The notes below the pieces were generated by a model. It was given only the letters and a program-made list of their open reading frames with translations. It ran no database searches and was not told the origin of the DNA. The position numbers were made by a program, and so were the translations under genes. A DNA stretch of 53,458 bases, counting the filler, from Perkinsus olseni (Eukaryota): the NCBI GenBank assembly GCA_013115125.1. It is 3 parts of 3 records of this genome, joined end to end, with 100 filler letters (N's around TTAATTAATTAA, not from the genome) between each part and the next. Parts side by side here need not be neighbours in the genome. Positions count along the whole stretch, not along the records: positions 1 to 17,773 come from JABANN010000633.1; positions 17,874 to 35,626 come from JABANN010000634.1; 1 more part is not named here. One strand, 5' to 3'. Shown piece after piece: positions 9,401 through 20,728 of the stretch. How positions within the stretch are numbered: the first letter of the stretch is position 1; every line of letters begins with the position of its first letter.

Positions 9401-12400
9401 TCAGAAGACCATACGGTTCTCACGCTTTGTGCGCTCTTTCTTGGGCAATACAATACCGTCACCTGATCATGATCAACAATGAGCGTTGTTATCAATGACA
9501 CGATTTATCCGAAAATATTCTTACCAACTTGAACATCTCTGATCTCGACGTGACTATCCTCATCATCAGGCCGATCGAGGAGACCCTTCTTCATCAATAG
9601 CCGTTCGCTGCGTCGAACGTTGACCCGCAGCATCGAGCCCGTGTCGGAATCGCGCTTGAGTACCGATTGCTCCTGAGGAAGTACAGGCTCGCCAACAAGT
9701 TCGGAGAAGCTACGCGTCCGACCTGCGAGTCACTATGTGTTACGTTCTGGTCCGGCATGGCTGGGAGAACCTCACCCTTCTTCAGGCGCCCTCGACTCAC
9801 CAACTCCACCAACTGACGACGACAGTCCATTCAGCGGCCATCGGGTCAGAAGGACACTACTTTCTTGTCCATCCTATACCGCTGCCGCCATTCCTGTATG
9901 ACAGCACGCTTGGCTGGTCCACAGAGATTATCCCTCGGGGGCAAGCCCATCTTCTTACGACGAGCAAGATACCAATCATATGCACTACGCTTCTTCAACT
10001 TGACCTTTTTCGTCTGAATCAAGAGTGGCTCAAAGATACCCCGTCCTGAGCACAGCTGCCGTACCTCCAGGTCCTGCTTGAGCTTCTCTAGTTTGAGGAT
10101 CTTGTTGATGCTCTTGGAGGCGAAGCGCACATCCAGCGGTCTCGACGCACGACTGGCTTCTTGAATTTTACGAACCACCAGCAGGTTCTTCTTCCGGAAT
10201 AATACCGTAACTCTACCAGCTCGACCTGACGAGGGGGTGTCTCGCGGCTCCTCAGAAGTGGTCCCCACCGACCTGCCCTTGCAGTGCGGCCAACGCGATG
10301 AATATAGTCGGCTAGCGTGTAAGGAAAGTCGTACATGACGACGTGCCCAACATCGTCAAAGTCGAGGCCTCGACTCGCGAGGTTAGTGCAAACCTGCTCG
10401 GGTATCTTTCGTTATACCCTGCCGAGAACAGGAGAGGTCGTCACCATGATCTCCTTCGCTGGTGCCCCGGTCTTGGAGGCCCCCTTGAACGAAGCGAACT
10501 CCTTTCGTCGATTCTTGAAGGCCATCTCGCCGTGCAGTAAGCTAATACTATAGCCCTCCGTCTCGAGCATCCTGGCAACCCCTCTACACCGTGATACCGT
10601 ATTAGTGAAAACGAGTGTCTACCAAAACCGCAGTGAGGCTTCAGAGCCCTCGCGATGGTCGCCCACCTTCTGTCCTCGCACTTGCCTCTCCTCAAGTATG
10701 TCAACCAAAGCATTGGATCTCTTCCGACCTCCCATCGGAACGAAGACCTGACCGCGGCAACAGACTGCTCCCCGCTGTCATAGGGGCCTACTTGTTCAAG
10801 AGCTGGTACGGTCATGTGGGCGTCAGGAGCCACAACTTGATTCACAACAACATGGCTTGGGACGGACGTCCGAACGAAGTTGCTGACCGCCCCAGTTCTG
10901 GTAGCCCCGACGAAGGCTATCTACGGCGAAGGCATCATCAGCTCGGTTCTGGTCCGATGACACTCATCACCAGAAAGACCATTTTCGACCTGGCATGCCG
11001 GCGGGTTGATCCGAGTCCGCGTCAGAATCGGTTCCGAAGCGCCGCGGATAATTTTCGCAAGCGAGCTGCGTTCCGCGAGATGCTGATAGTTTTCACGATG
11101 CTTCCCACAAGCCAGTACCGGACGATTAACTCGCGGCGGATCGAACTTCCAGCATCAGTATTCAGTGAGCAGCTTCGCCGACAGACGGCAACCGCTTCAA
11201 TCGATTCGGTCGCCTCCCGCCGTGCAGATTAACGGGTGTCTACATTTATCGCGAACGAAGCAAAAATCGTCGAATCCTCCAAAACCGCCCTCACCAAAGG
11301 AGCTGATCGAGCGGCCCCCCGGGCTTTGAAGGTCTTGGAGATCACATCCGCCACTTCCTTCTCGTAGAAGGTGTCACACAGAGTGTCGGCTTCGTCGATC
11401 TGACAAACGACACCTGCAGGGATCGAACCTGTGCCACCATACCTTCAACAACGGACAATTCAGGATCGACCATCTTACCACAAGATGCGTCACTTCCCCC
11501 AACTTCACGTTTCCCTTCATCAAGTGCAAGAGCAACCTCGCAGGAGTGCAGACGACCACGTCTCCCTGATCACTCAAGACCTCAGTCGCTCCGATAGACA
11601 ACTCAGGCTAGACATCACTCTGGCTTGGTTGAGGGCCCTTGCCTCCTTCACGTAGCTCAGCCCTGCCGCCAGGCCAGTGCTGGTGATCTGCCGACACCCT
11701 TGGGCTGTCAGCTGCCGTACAACTCTGATCACCTAAGGGAATGCCAACCTCCCCGTAATGTGCAAGGGTGGCTGAAAGATACTCCTAGCTACTTGAATAG
11801 CAAGCTCCCTTGTGGGCACCAGGATGACCGCTCGAGGCTTATTTTCCAGAGGGTAGAGGTTGTCAGGATTTGACCTCAGGAGTCGGTGGAGGAGAGGTAG
11901 GACATATGCCATCGTCTTCCCCGAACCCGTCTGGGCCACCAACAGCAAAGACTGTCCTTCCATCATAGCCGGTATGCACACCTCCTGACCACGACCGTTC
12001 AGTCGCCCTCGCAGCGGCTGCTCCCGATAATACCTGCGTTCTCGTAGGGGTCACAGCCCCTGAGGTATGGAGGCCTACGAGGAGCTCCTTGTCCAACCCA
12101 AAACGATGGAAGGAGTTTACCCGGTCGAAGGTCGAAGTGAATCTGAGCGGGGCTGGTGGCGAGCTCAAGCGTTCTCCGCTCACCTGTTGGGCAACAGGGC
12201 GTCTACGCTCAAGCCCAGAGGATTCCTCAGCCCTTCCGATGGCCCTTCTCCTGTGGGGCCTCCAACAGAAGGAGGTGGGCTGTACTGTAGCATACCGCTG
12301 GCCAACCCAGAAGTGAACGTACGGGACACTAGCCGACAGCTCGCCACGGAGTGCCCAGAAGAGCTTACTAATGTGGCGCAGGCGGGCGTCATCACTGAAG

Positions 12401-12410
12401 TAGCAACCAT
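9401..12410 (-). CDS. DEAD-box RNA helicase (DDX28/Mrh4-like, probably organellar), multi-exon
   Basis: Motifs: Q (SFHRFGL..TPTRTQ), I (AQTGSGKT), Ia (PTRELA), TPARL, II (DEADTL), III (GAT) and VI ([12 protein letters not shown]). The leader from ATG 12410 is Ser/Thr/Ala-rich. The last exon ends RENRMVF* at 9401. Confidence 0.9.
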
Positions 12411-13077
12411 CCTTTACAGGCCGGGTGATCGCGTCGAGACTTCCCATGCTGAGCCCTAGCACGAACAACGCAAGCCGTACAATAAACACTCAGAACAACA
12501 AGACCATGCCACAACCACACGGAAAAAAGACAGCTGCCCCCCATTCGGCGCTGCCTTAGGGTCTTGAGCGGTGCCGCCATCCGAGGTACGAATAAGGCAT
12601 CACCAACAGAGATGGGTTCATCCTCTGACCCGAATCCGCAAAAATGGATACGAAGCTTTACGCGGGCCACGAGGACACCCACCAACTCCAAGATTCCAGT
12701 TTTTCTCCGTCCGTCACTACCTCTCACGAATCACCTTGATCCCGAGAAAACCGACCGATAGAGCTGGACGAAGGTGGGGCGGACGAATATCGTAAAAGGT
12801 GGTATGTCCCGGTGGTGCTTATCACCCTCGATGATCGACACCCACAATGTCTAACAACATCGTCGACCGCTCGATGGTAGCTTCTACAGTTTTCATCCGT
12901 TGCAAGTCGTCTAAGAAGCTGACCACTAAACCCGAGGGCCCTGCCTTCACCTTCTACACCCACGGCTGACTCTTAGCTGCCGTTAATCCTCACGAAACAG
13001 CCGAATCGACAGTCCCTTGATCTGAGGGCAATCTGCCACCACCAAGCCACGTTCCTTCCCGTATCAATCAAGCTCTA

Positions 13078-14163
13078 TCATTTCACTTTGGCAAAGCCGA
13101 TGCGATTCCTATCCCAGTCGTAATAGTAGTAGTTTCCGTAGACGGCACCGAGGCCCAGGGTCCAGGCTTCACCGAAGTGGATTGCCAGCATGCACCTCCC
13201 CCCGTCCTTGATGACGTAGCTGGCAGGCGGTATCTCCAGAGGCACCTCCTCTCCTTTCAAGCCTCTCATAGAGAGCGTGATGGACGGTAGATAGTCGGCT
13301 TCCTCACAGGAGACGTCGTAAAAGCCCGAAAAGTCCTGAATCTTCACAGGCCTCTCACCGCCCACTTCAAGCCAAGCAAGCACTCTGAGTTCGACTTCTT
13401 GAGGCATGACGATGGCGTTGGTGCCGGAGTCGAAGAAAGCCGGGGTTGGTGCTACCATCCGGTACTCCCGAGAATCGCCAATGGTCAGCCTAGTGAGCGA
13501 GACGCTTTGATCTTCCCGGACTTCAACGAAGACAAGAGGGGGGACATAATTCCGCTTGTCTTCGCCGCCAAGGATGAGCTCACCCGTGGGATTCTCACCG
13601 GCGACGAGATACAGAGAGAAGGAACTCTTTTTGACGAACCGCGTTGACTTAGACCGGTTCATCAGCTGCTGCATCAGAGGGGCGTACGGCTTCATCCGAG
13701 CGTAATGAGGTGCCAGGCCGAGGCTGGCGAAGGGACGGCCCTCCGCACCAGCGATCAATCCGAAGCTGATATCGTTCGCAGTGACAGTACCGAAATCGAC
13801 CACCCCAGAGTGCTTGAAGATGGTCATATTCTCACCGTCATAGAATTGGAGGGCTTTCTTGGGACCGGGCTGGCATGGAGCCGGAGTGCACTCGTAACAC
13901 TTGAAAGCGAGCTTGTCGCAGCGTCCGGGGAACTCTTGCTCATACCAATGCTTCCATACAAGGAAGGTGTAGGGGTTGCCAGTATCCACTACTGCGTGAA
14001 TGTCCTGATTGTCGACCTTAAGATACGCCAACAGCTGCACTGAGTTCACGTGGCTTGTTACCCTCTGGGTTCTTATACCTATCCTTACTTTTTTATACCC
14101 ATTGGCTTCGAGTGAGAGCCCGATGAGGACGAGAATAGCGAGAATGTACTTCTTAGCCATCAT
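13078..14163 (-). CDS. Secreted pepsin-family (A1) aspartic protease, intronless
   Basis: Signal peptide MMAKKYILAILVLIGLSLEANG, catalytic motifs VVDTGN and FFDSGT, GELILGG, and C-terminal YDWDRNRIGFA. Confidence 0.92.
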   Translation of the reverse strand: MMAKKYILAILVLIGLSLEANGYKKVRIGIRTQRVTSHVNSVQLLAYLKVDNQDIHAVVDTGNPYTFLVWKHWYEQEFPGRCDKLAFKCYECTPAPCQPGPKKALQFYDGENMTIFKHSGVVDFGTVTANDISFGLIAGAEGRPFASLGLAPHYARMKPYAPLMQQLMNRSKSTRFVKKSSFSLYLVAGENPTGELILGGEDKRNYVPPLVFVEVREDQSVSLTRLTIGDSREYRMVAPTPAFFDSGTNAIVMPQEVELRVLAWLEVGGERPVKIQDFSGFYDVSCEEADYLPSITLSMRGLKGEEVPLEIPPASYVIKDGGRCMLAIHFGEAWTLGLGAVYGNYYYYDWDRNRIGFAKVK

Positions 14164-14358
14164 ACAGACGTCAACGCACTTCACCAACAACCAGTTTCAG
14201 ATACGACGGCGGCGCCGGATTTGGCGCTCGCCCCGCCCCCCAAACGAGCATATTGTGGCTCTACCTGCGCGGTAGACAAGTACTCAGGTGAGAAGCAATT
14301 GACCCACCTTGAACAAAAGCAAGAGACTAGCAACCTCAGCACTAGCAAAACCACACAA

Positions 14359-14407
14359 ACCGTACTCGCGTGCTACTACGGACTCCGTAGTAGCACGCGA
14401 GTACGGT
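14359..14407. repeat. Perfect inverted repeat, 24-bp arms with a 1-nt spacer
   Basis: ACCGTACTCGCGTGCTACTACGGA-C-TCCGTAGTAGCACGCGAGTACGGT. Confidence 0.95.
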
Positions 14408-14801
14408 AGTACGAGCAGCGGCACGCATGCGATGGACGCACGCGTGCGCAATGTCAGTGCGGCATCCCAACGTCAGCCCCAGCGTTCCTCGGGCATTCAT
14501 CACTGTAAGGGCATTCTGTTATCATCGCTCCATTGGTCCTTAGATGTCTGGCGAGATACTGTCAGCCTTATGCCAGCGAAAATTGTAGGTTCTTCACGCT
14601 CGTTATCAGCTCCTGCGTGCTGGTGTTTGCAGTGCATTCGGTCTTCATGAGTCATTCACTGGCGGCCTGCCTACGCCCTCCCTCACCTCTGCCAAGCCCA
14701 TTGCATCTGACACTCATTACTCAGGAGGAAGGCCGCACTCTGCAAAGGGAACTAATTTTATTGACATCGAATCAACAGCCGTTTATTGCTCATCCACTGT
14801 C

Positions 14802-17434
14802 ATGCCCTTCTGTCTGCGAGCCGTTAAACGCGTTCCGCGATTCAAGCCAAACCGGGCCACCACGTCCCTCATACCCCAGGCCAGCGACGTGGTCTCATCA
14901 TCTTCGAGGAAACCTCAGCAGATGCTTTTACCGCCACCGTCCGAGCTGACGACGACAGACGAGGGACCCGCCTCGGAAATTCTCTTGCGCGACTCGACTC
15001 TGAAGGGCATCATAGAGTCCACCAGAGGAAAGGTCGAAGCCATTGAACTCTTCTCGGCGTCCATGCTGAAGAACCCCTTCAACACCGCAGATGTGCGTCC
15101 TCGAATGAAGTCGTGTCGTTGCCCTGATGCATGCTATTTTCTTAGAGCCTCGTGAAGATAAAAGAAGCCGCGCCGCGACAGGACCCGATGAGGACCTATT
15201 TGCAAGTCGCAGCGTTGGAAAGATCTTTGTCTGCGAGTAAGCCACGGGTCAACCTGAGATGCGCTGCCCATGCATCGACAGGCTCCAATTTGGATTCACA
15301 ATGGGGCGGGCAGCTGATTCGCCGCACGCTCCATCAAGAGCTTAACGCAGCCTACGCGCACGTCCATGGTGGGCCACGGTCAACTCGCCCGTCAAAGCGA
15401 AATTCGACGTTCTCAGGGAAGTACCCGGACGATCCGGCCGCTGCTGTCAGTGTTGTTACTCGGGAGGAGATGGTGGAAATCATCGACCATGTTTACAACG
15501 AATATAACGAGTCTGGCGTAGCTGGGTAGGGCAGCGGTAGCATCGCCAGGGCGCCACGGTTGAGACAATCAGGGAATGGATCCATTCTGTGGACAAGGCC
15601 ATCCCGCCCGACATCAACGATTGGCTCCTCTTCGATGATCGGACTAAGTGTAAGTCTCGGCCGAGGGAAGGAGGATTGTTATTTCCTCTCGGGACAGATA
15701 ACGAGAAGGCGGTGTATCACAGAGTCTACCGCAGCCCAACTTGTATGCGCGTCATTGGCCCGCCTAATAACGATGACCTTCCGGCAACTATGCGGCTCGG
15801 GTGGGATGGTATCTCATGCCCGCTCTTGCCTGGACTGAGCTATCCTGCAGGGTCCCCGCCAAAGCCTTCCTCGAGTTGATGACTTTCCGATCGGGACCCC
15901 TGCGAAATGGGGCCCATATGGAACCCTGGATGAGGTTCCTGCCGGGCAAAGTTTTTGAACTTGTCCGTAATCACGTCACGCGGTTCTGGCGACAGTGAGT
16001 CCCCACCGACCATCGCCTGTGGACCACAGGCTGTGGTGTCTCAGCCTTTGGTCCTCAGATACACCGACTACCGAAAGAAGCGAGTGAAGATTCACATCAC
16101 GGCCATGCGGAAGGAGCTACCACATTTCCTCGCCATCGTTAATATAAAACTGTGGAGTCTGGCCCTCGTACAAGGTGACTTGCCGAAGCCTCTCTTCGAC
16201 CTAAGATACCATTCCTGTTCAGAGCTAGAGAAGGCTCAGTTGAGGCAGCGCAAGATAGATTCTAGCGGCAGCCAGGCGGCGTACGCGTCCCTAGTGCAGC
16301 ACAGCGGCGCGGAGCTCATCCCAGAGGCACTCGTCAGAGAAGCTTTTGACTTGCACGATTACAACACCTTACAAGTGGCGAGCTCGCGCGACGGTAAGGA
16401 CTCGCCGGACTTCAAAAAATTGAGAATTGCTGAGCCCAGTAAAAGATGGGTATTGGAGAACATATGTGAGTACGCCAGATGAAGGGCCGCGACGATCGGC
16501 GGGTATGAATCTCATTTTCAGCAACACGGCGTGTCCCAGCAGAAGGAGACAATGACGAGTATCTTCTGCCGTACCTGGTCGACTGGGATACCGCCAAGTT
16601 AGGGTCAAGGCGAAGGCCCCTTCCGAGCCGACCAATGAAGGGTTGGTTGCACTCCCTTGGTGATGTCACCAGTTATGGTATTACTTGTGAATTCATCGCT
16701 GCCCTCGCTGATTACTGTCTGCAGCATAGAAGCAACGTATTGGTGGTCGGGCCGGACTCGACGCGATTGTCTTATTTTCTGACTGAGTATATTTCCAGCC
16801 GGGCCCCGGGAAGTGCGGTGAAGGTGATCGCTCTCGAAGTTGTGCAAGAGGAGACGACGAACAAAACTCATCAACCCTGGGCGAGGTCAACCGAGGGCGC
16901 GATGCAGGCGGACGAACCCGTCACGTCATTTCCGAGGCACCTAGAGTATCGTCCATCAGTGTGTTCGTACACTGGCCGCCTGAAGTGGCCTCCTCCAATA
17001 CGCGCGACGCTCAACGACGTTTACAACCACTTCAACCCGCAAACAGCGATAGTCACTTCCCTTAGTGAAGGCAGTGATCCGGTCACACCGCAGCTGCGCA
17101 CTTTGGGCTGCCTCAAACGCTACATTATACTCGGCGGCCGCAGTAGCGGCAGCGCCTATCATACGTGGGGTATTCTACCGCTAGGCTGCCCGGAGAAAAA
17201 GGTATCGCCGGTACGGTACGACGGATGGGAGATCGCCGGGGATCTCGGTAGAGTCACTCGTCACATGCTCCACCCGTACATGGTGAGAGACCAGGCAGGG
17301 GCAGTCGATCCTAGTAGGAGGCGCTCAGCGACGACGATGCTAGGATTGGGATTTTAGGTCTATTATGGGCGATCTCATCGGCCGCCACATTATTCCGGCG
17401 AAGACATCATTGAGTGTTGTTGCATGCATTCTTA
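14802..17434 (+). CDS. Multi-exon hypothetical protein with a degenerate SAM-methyltransferase-like C-terminal domain
   Basis: A chain of + ORFs is joined by GT/AG sites. The C-terminal segment EFIAALADY..NVLVVGPDSTRLSYFL..VKVIALE..YIILG..HTWG resembles a Rossmann MTase family. Boundaries are approximate. Confidence 0.45.
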
Positions 17435-17704
17435 AGTTGTGTTTCTGCGTCTCTTTCGTAAGTGCGTTACTGACAGTAGAGAACTCGTAGCCGGGCAATC
17501 TCCACACCAAAACTGCGACCCTCGAAGAACTGCATGTGGTTGCGCGGTATGAGCAACTGGACTTCCGGTCACACGAGTCTGAGTTAATATGTGCGATTAT
17601 TGGAATGGGGGCGCTGCTGGAGCCGCAGGGAGGTATTCAACTCCTCATGCCCTTCGTGTTGACACCACTTTGTGAACACAAGTCGAATGATAGCACACAC
17701 CGCC

Positions 17705-17773
<69 letters not shown>
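17705..17773. repeat. (ACA)23 microsatellite at a contig end
   Basis: Pure trinucleotide run abutting the N gap. Confidence 0.97.
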
Positions 17774-17873
17774 NNNNNNNNNNNNNNNNNNNNNNNNNNN
17801 NNNNNNNNNNNNNNNNNTTAATTAATTAANNNNNNNNNNNNNNNNNNNNNNNNNNNNNNNNNNNNNNNNNNNN
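17774..17873. other. Assembly gap with artificial six-frame stop linker
   Basis: N44-TTAATTAATTAA-N44. Confidence 0.97.
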
Positions 17874-17903
17874 CCTCCGCCGTTGCATGGAGGGGTCCCT
17901 CAG

Positions 17904-18420
17904 GAATGCGAGCATCTCAACGCTACAGTGCTGTGCGAAGATTGCGTCGACTTGTTTTGCACCCAGTGCTTCATCAAGCTGCACGGCAGAGGGAGACGTA
18001 GACAACACGTGCATCTCAGCATAGACAACACAGGTGGAGTACCGTGCTCATCTTGATCAAATACGCTGCATCCTCAGGCCAAGTGTTTCGAGGTGGCTTT
18101 CTTGTACCGCCGGAAGAGGCTCAAGTGTTGATAGATCGTTCCAGGAGCACCGCTGAGGGGGGACCTTGGGTCATGTTCAGAGACGACAACAACAGCCCCT
18201 TCTGGTAGCATGCACTTCCTTGTGGGGGCCTCTCCAAGCGCCATCGGTCAGGTACCATTTCGGAAAGCGCGTCATGAGTTTGGAGAACCCATTCACGAGT
18301 GAGCCGTCCGTAGAAATGCTCGAGCCAGGAGGAATGGCAGAGCTAACCCAGCATACTTCCATGGAGACCCAACCAGAGCAGTCGCTCTCGGTGTCGGCCA
18401 CTGCTGGTCCGGCGAGCTAA
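17904..18420 (+). CDS. 3' exons of a B-box zinc finger plus WW-like domain protein (5' end lost in the gap)
   Basis: ECEHLNATVLCEDCVDLFCTQCFIKLHGRGRRRQH (B-box). Spliced PWVMFRDDNNSPFWYHFGKRVMSLENP (WW-like). Stop at 18418-18420. Confidence 0.75.
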
Positions 18421-18726
18421 CTGGTGTATTTTAGATGTTTGAGTCGTGTTGTACAGTATGGGATACGCGCAGCCTAGCACTTTACTGAGATAACTCAAGA
18501 CGTGTTTTAGAACATAGTTGATAAATTGACGTACGAACATCTCTCAACGACACACAATTACAACAAATCTTTCTTTCTACTTTATCGCTCAAATGCATTG
18601 GACGGGACATCAAAAAATTAATTACAAAAACAGAATTGCCAATGAGCAAGCCGAGCTTATGCTGAAAATGGTATGATGATGGTCATGATAACACATTGAT
18701 GTTTACTAATCTACGGAATAGAATGC

Positions 18727-20619
18727 TTACAATAAAGGGTCAAATAAACGGGCATAGCCACTTTGGGTTGCAGGAGTAGCCGTAGCATGGTTCGGAGTAG
18801 ACAACCGACGACGACGACGAATCTTCTCCAAGTTGAAGCCAGTAACGAATCCGACGAAAGCTCCCACCAATAGAATAAGGAATACTTGTATAGTGGAATG
18901 CCTGGTGACGACCTCTTCAGCCGTGATGGATGATGTAGCTGGTTGTACGTACTGCGGAGTATAGAAGTAGTTGCTGTAACCAATCATTGCCAGGAAATCA
19001 GCCGGGTACCCTATATGTTCAACCGCAGCTGGGTCACTTGGCGGGAAATTATAGAAACCGTCGTTGTAGCGGACAACAAGCGTATCAGAGAGCTTCCACC
19101 AATACTGCACAACAGACTCCTGGAGGGCCTTGCAAGTAGCCGTGGACTTTGAGAGGGAAGCTTCCAGCAGCTTTGGTTGCCAATATTTGATAGCTGGCTT
19201 CACGAACTCCCGAGACATGTTGTCATAGTTTACTGCCATCCAGTTGGAGACGAAATCGAAGGCCCACCAAGCTGTCTCCTTCGCATTAGAAAAGTCGCCT
19301 TTATAACCCACTTGGAACTGTTTGGCGTACAAATTGGCAGTCTCAGCGAGCTCCATATCCCCAGCCTCGGACAGAGTCTTACAGAGGAAGGGGACGAACA
19401 AGCTGGTCGCTGGCGCATCTTCGCTGTAGTACAGAACAGCGTTATCGGGGTCGGGGTAGCCGATCATAGTGTAAGCCGTCCGCGGAATAGATATACCACG
19501 CGCGAACTGACCAGGCACCTCGGCCTCTCCCTCGCCTCCCTCGAGACGGTATGGGCTATGGAAAGGGCCAGCGAGGATACCCTTCGTCAAGTCGAACTGA
19601 GTGCCCTCGTAGTTGTCACGATAGATAGCCATCACATCTTCCAGGTCAAGCAGATGATCTGCCTGTACCGAGAAGGGGAGGTCGAATGGGTTCTCATGAA
19701 ATTGTACAACATTACTCGGTGAAGCGTGGCGGAATACATTCCAGATCCTCACACTGGTATACATGGGTAATTGCAGGCTCACAGTGCCATACACACGGAT
19801 CCAACTGAAGGGCTCCTCGCCGTCCCACAGGCCAATAGACAACGCCTCTGAGCGTAGGTTAGTAGAGAACAGGAAGTCCTCGTCGGGAGTCTGTGGGATC
19901 TCCTTGATGGTGTACTGGTTGGCGATAGCGGCGACATTGCCATCAGGGACCCTCTGAGCAGCCCACACTGCTGATCTGCCCGTAGAATCCTGAGCTATAT
20001 GGAACACCCATCCGTCGCCAGTGGCATCAACCAACGTGAGCGTCTCTCCTGTCTCCCAGTTCTCGGGATAGAAACCATACCTCTCGGCCATGGCGCCCAT
20101 GCTCTGAATCGCGCAGACTGCGCTCTTGCACCGCTCCAGGCCTATCATTGTCAGCTCTCGGATGGAGAACACCGCCGGGCCGTATTCACCAGAACTCGGG
20201 TCCTTCAAGTCAACACCGGGCTTCCCAGGCACACTGACCTCAGTCGTTGACTCCCCCATTGCGAGACCGTGCTCGTTCATCATACCATATTCCGACTCCC
20301 AATAGCCGTAGGTATGAGGGACCTCAGGAACGGTTGCGTTGATCGGAGTCGGAATCTGCTCTGGATCGTCATAGATCGCTGCACGCTTGGACCAGGTACG
20401 AGGGTAGAGATGACCGACACCATACACCGCGTGAACGGCACCATGAGAATGATTACGAGGGGGTATCAAAGCAAGCCTTGTATCACACTCAGAGCAGTCA
20501 GCCGTATGAGCCACCATGGGTACGCCTGTCTTCGAAGCACCCTTTGACACCAGTATAGTAGTGCACGCGATGGACACTGATAACGGCAATAACGTGAGCC
20601 GGGATAATAAGGCGGACAT
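18727..20619 (-). CDS. Peptidase C69 (dipeptidase, Ntn-hydrolase), signal peptide plus C-terminal TM, intronless
   Basis: MSALLSRLTLLPLSVSIA|CTTILVSKGAS (N-terminal Cys nucleophile), MNEHGLAMGEST, WAAQRVPDG, ANQYTI, and TM segment IQVFLILLVGAFVGFVTGF. Confidence 0.92.
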   Translation of the reverse strand: MSALLSRLTLLPLSVSIACTTILVSKGASKTGVPMVAHTADCSECDTRLALIPPRNHSHGAVHAVYGVGHLYPRTWSKRAAIYDDPEQIPTPINATVPEVPHTYGYWESEYGMMNEHGLAMGESTTEVSVPGKPGVDLKDPSSGEYGPAVFSIRELTMIGLERCKSAVCAIQSMGAMAERYGFYPENWETGETLTLVDATGDGWVFHIAQDSTGRSAVWAAQRVPDGNVAAIANQYTIKEIPQTPDEDFLFSTNLRSEALSIGLWDGEEPFSWIRVYGTVSLQLPMYTSVRIWNVFRHASPSNVVQFHENPFDLPFSVQADHLLDLEDVMAIYRDNYEGTQFDLTKGILAGPFHSPYRLEGGEGEAEVPGQFARGISIPRTAYTMIGYPDPDNAVLYYSEDAPATSLFVPFLCKTLSEAGDMELAETANLYAKQFQVGYKGDFSNAKETAWWAFDFVSNWMAVNYDNMSREFVKPAIKYWQPKLLEASLSKSTATCKALQESVVQYWWKLSDTLVVRYNDGFYNFPPSDPAAVEHIGYPADFLAMIGYSNYFYTPQYVQPATSSITAEEVVTRHSTIQVFLILLVGAFVGFVTGFNLEKIRRRRRLSTPNHATATPATQSGYARLFDPLL

Positions 20620-20728
20620 GTGTGAATTAAAGTAACTGTATCGTGAAAACTGCACATCTCATATCCTAAGTTGCAGCCCCCCAACAGAACACTGGGTGCT
20701 GAACTCGAAACGTGGAGGACGTAGTAAA

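Noticed and set aside
10947-11260. Intron structure as RNase P/MRP, SRP, U3, C/D snoRNA or TPP riboswitch
   Set aside because: The diagnostic consensus motifs could not be placed consistently, and the GTGATGA..CTGA pair is only ~33 nt apart. Kept as an unknown structure.
17536-17829. Poly-Asn ORF
   Set aside because: Produced by the microsatellite and the N gap. No coding support.
17818-17829. TTAATTAATTAA palindrome (also 35671-35682) as a biological site
   Set aside because: It is centred in identical 100-nt N blocks and is an assembly linker. Adjacency across the gaps is not evidence of linkage.
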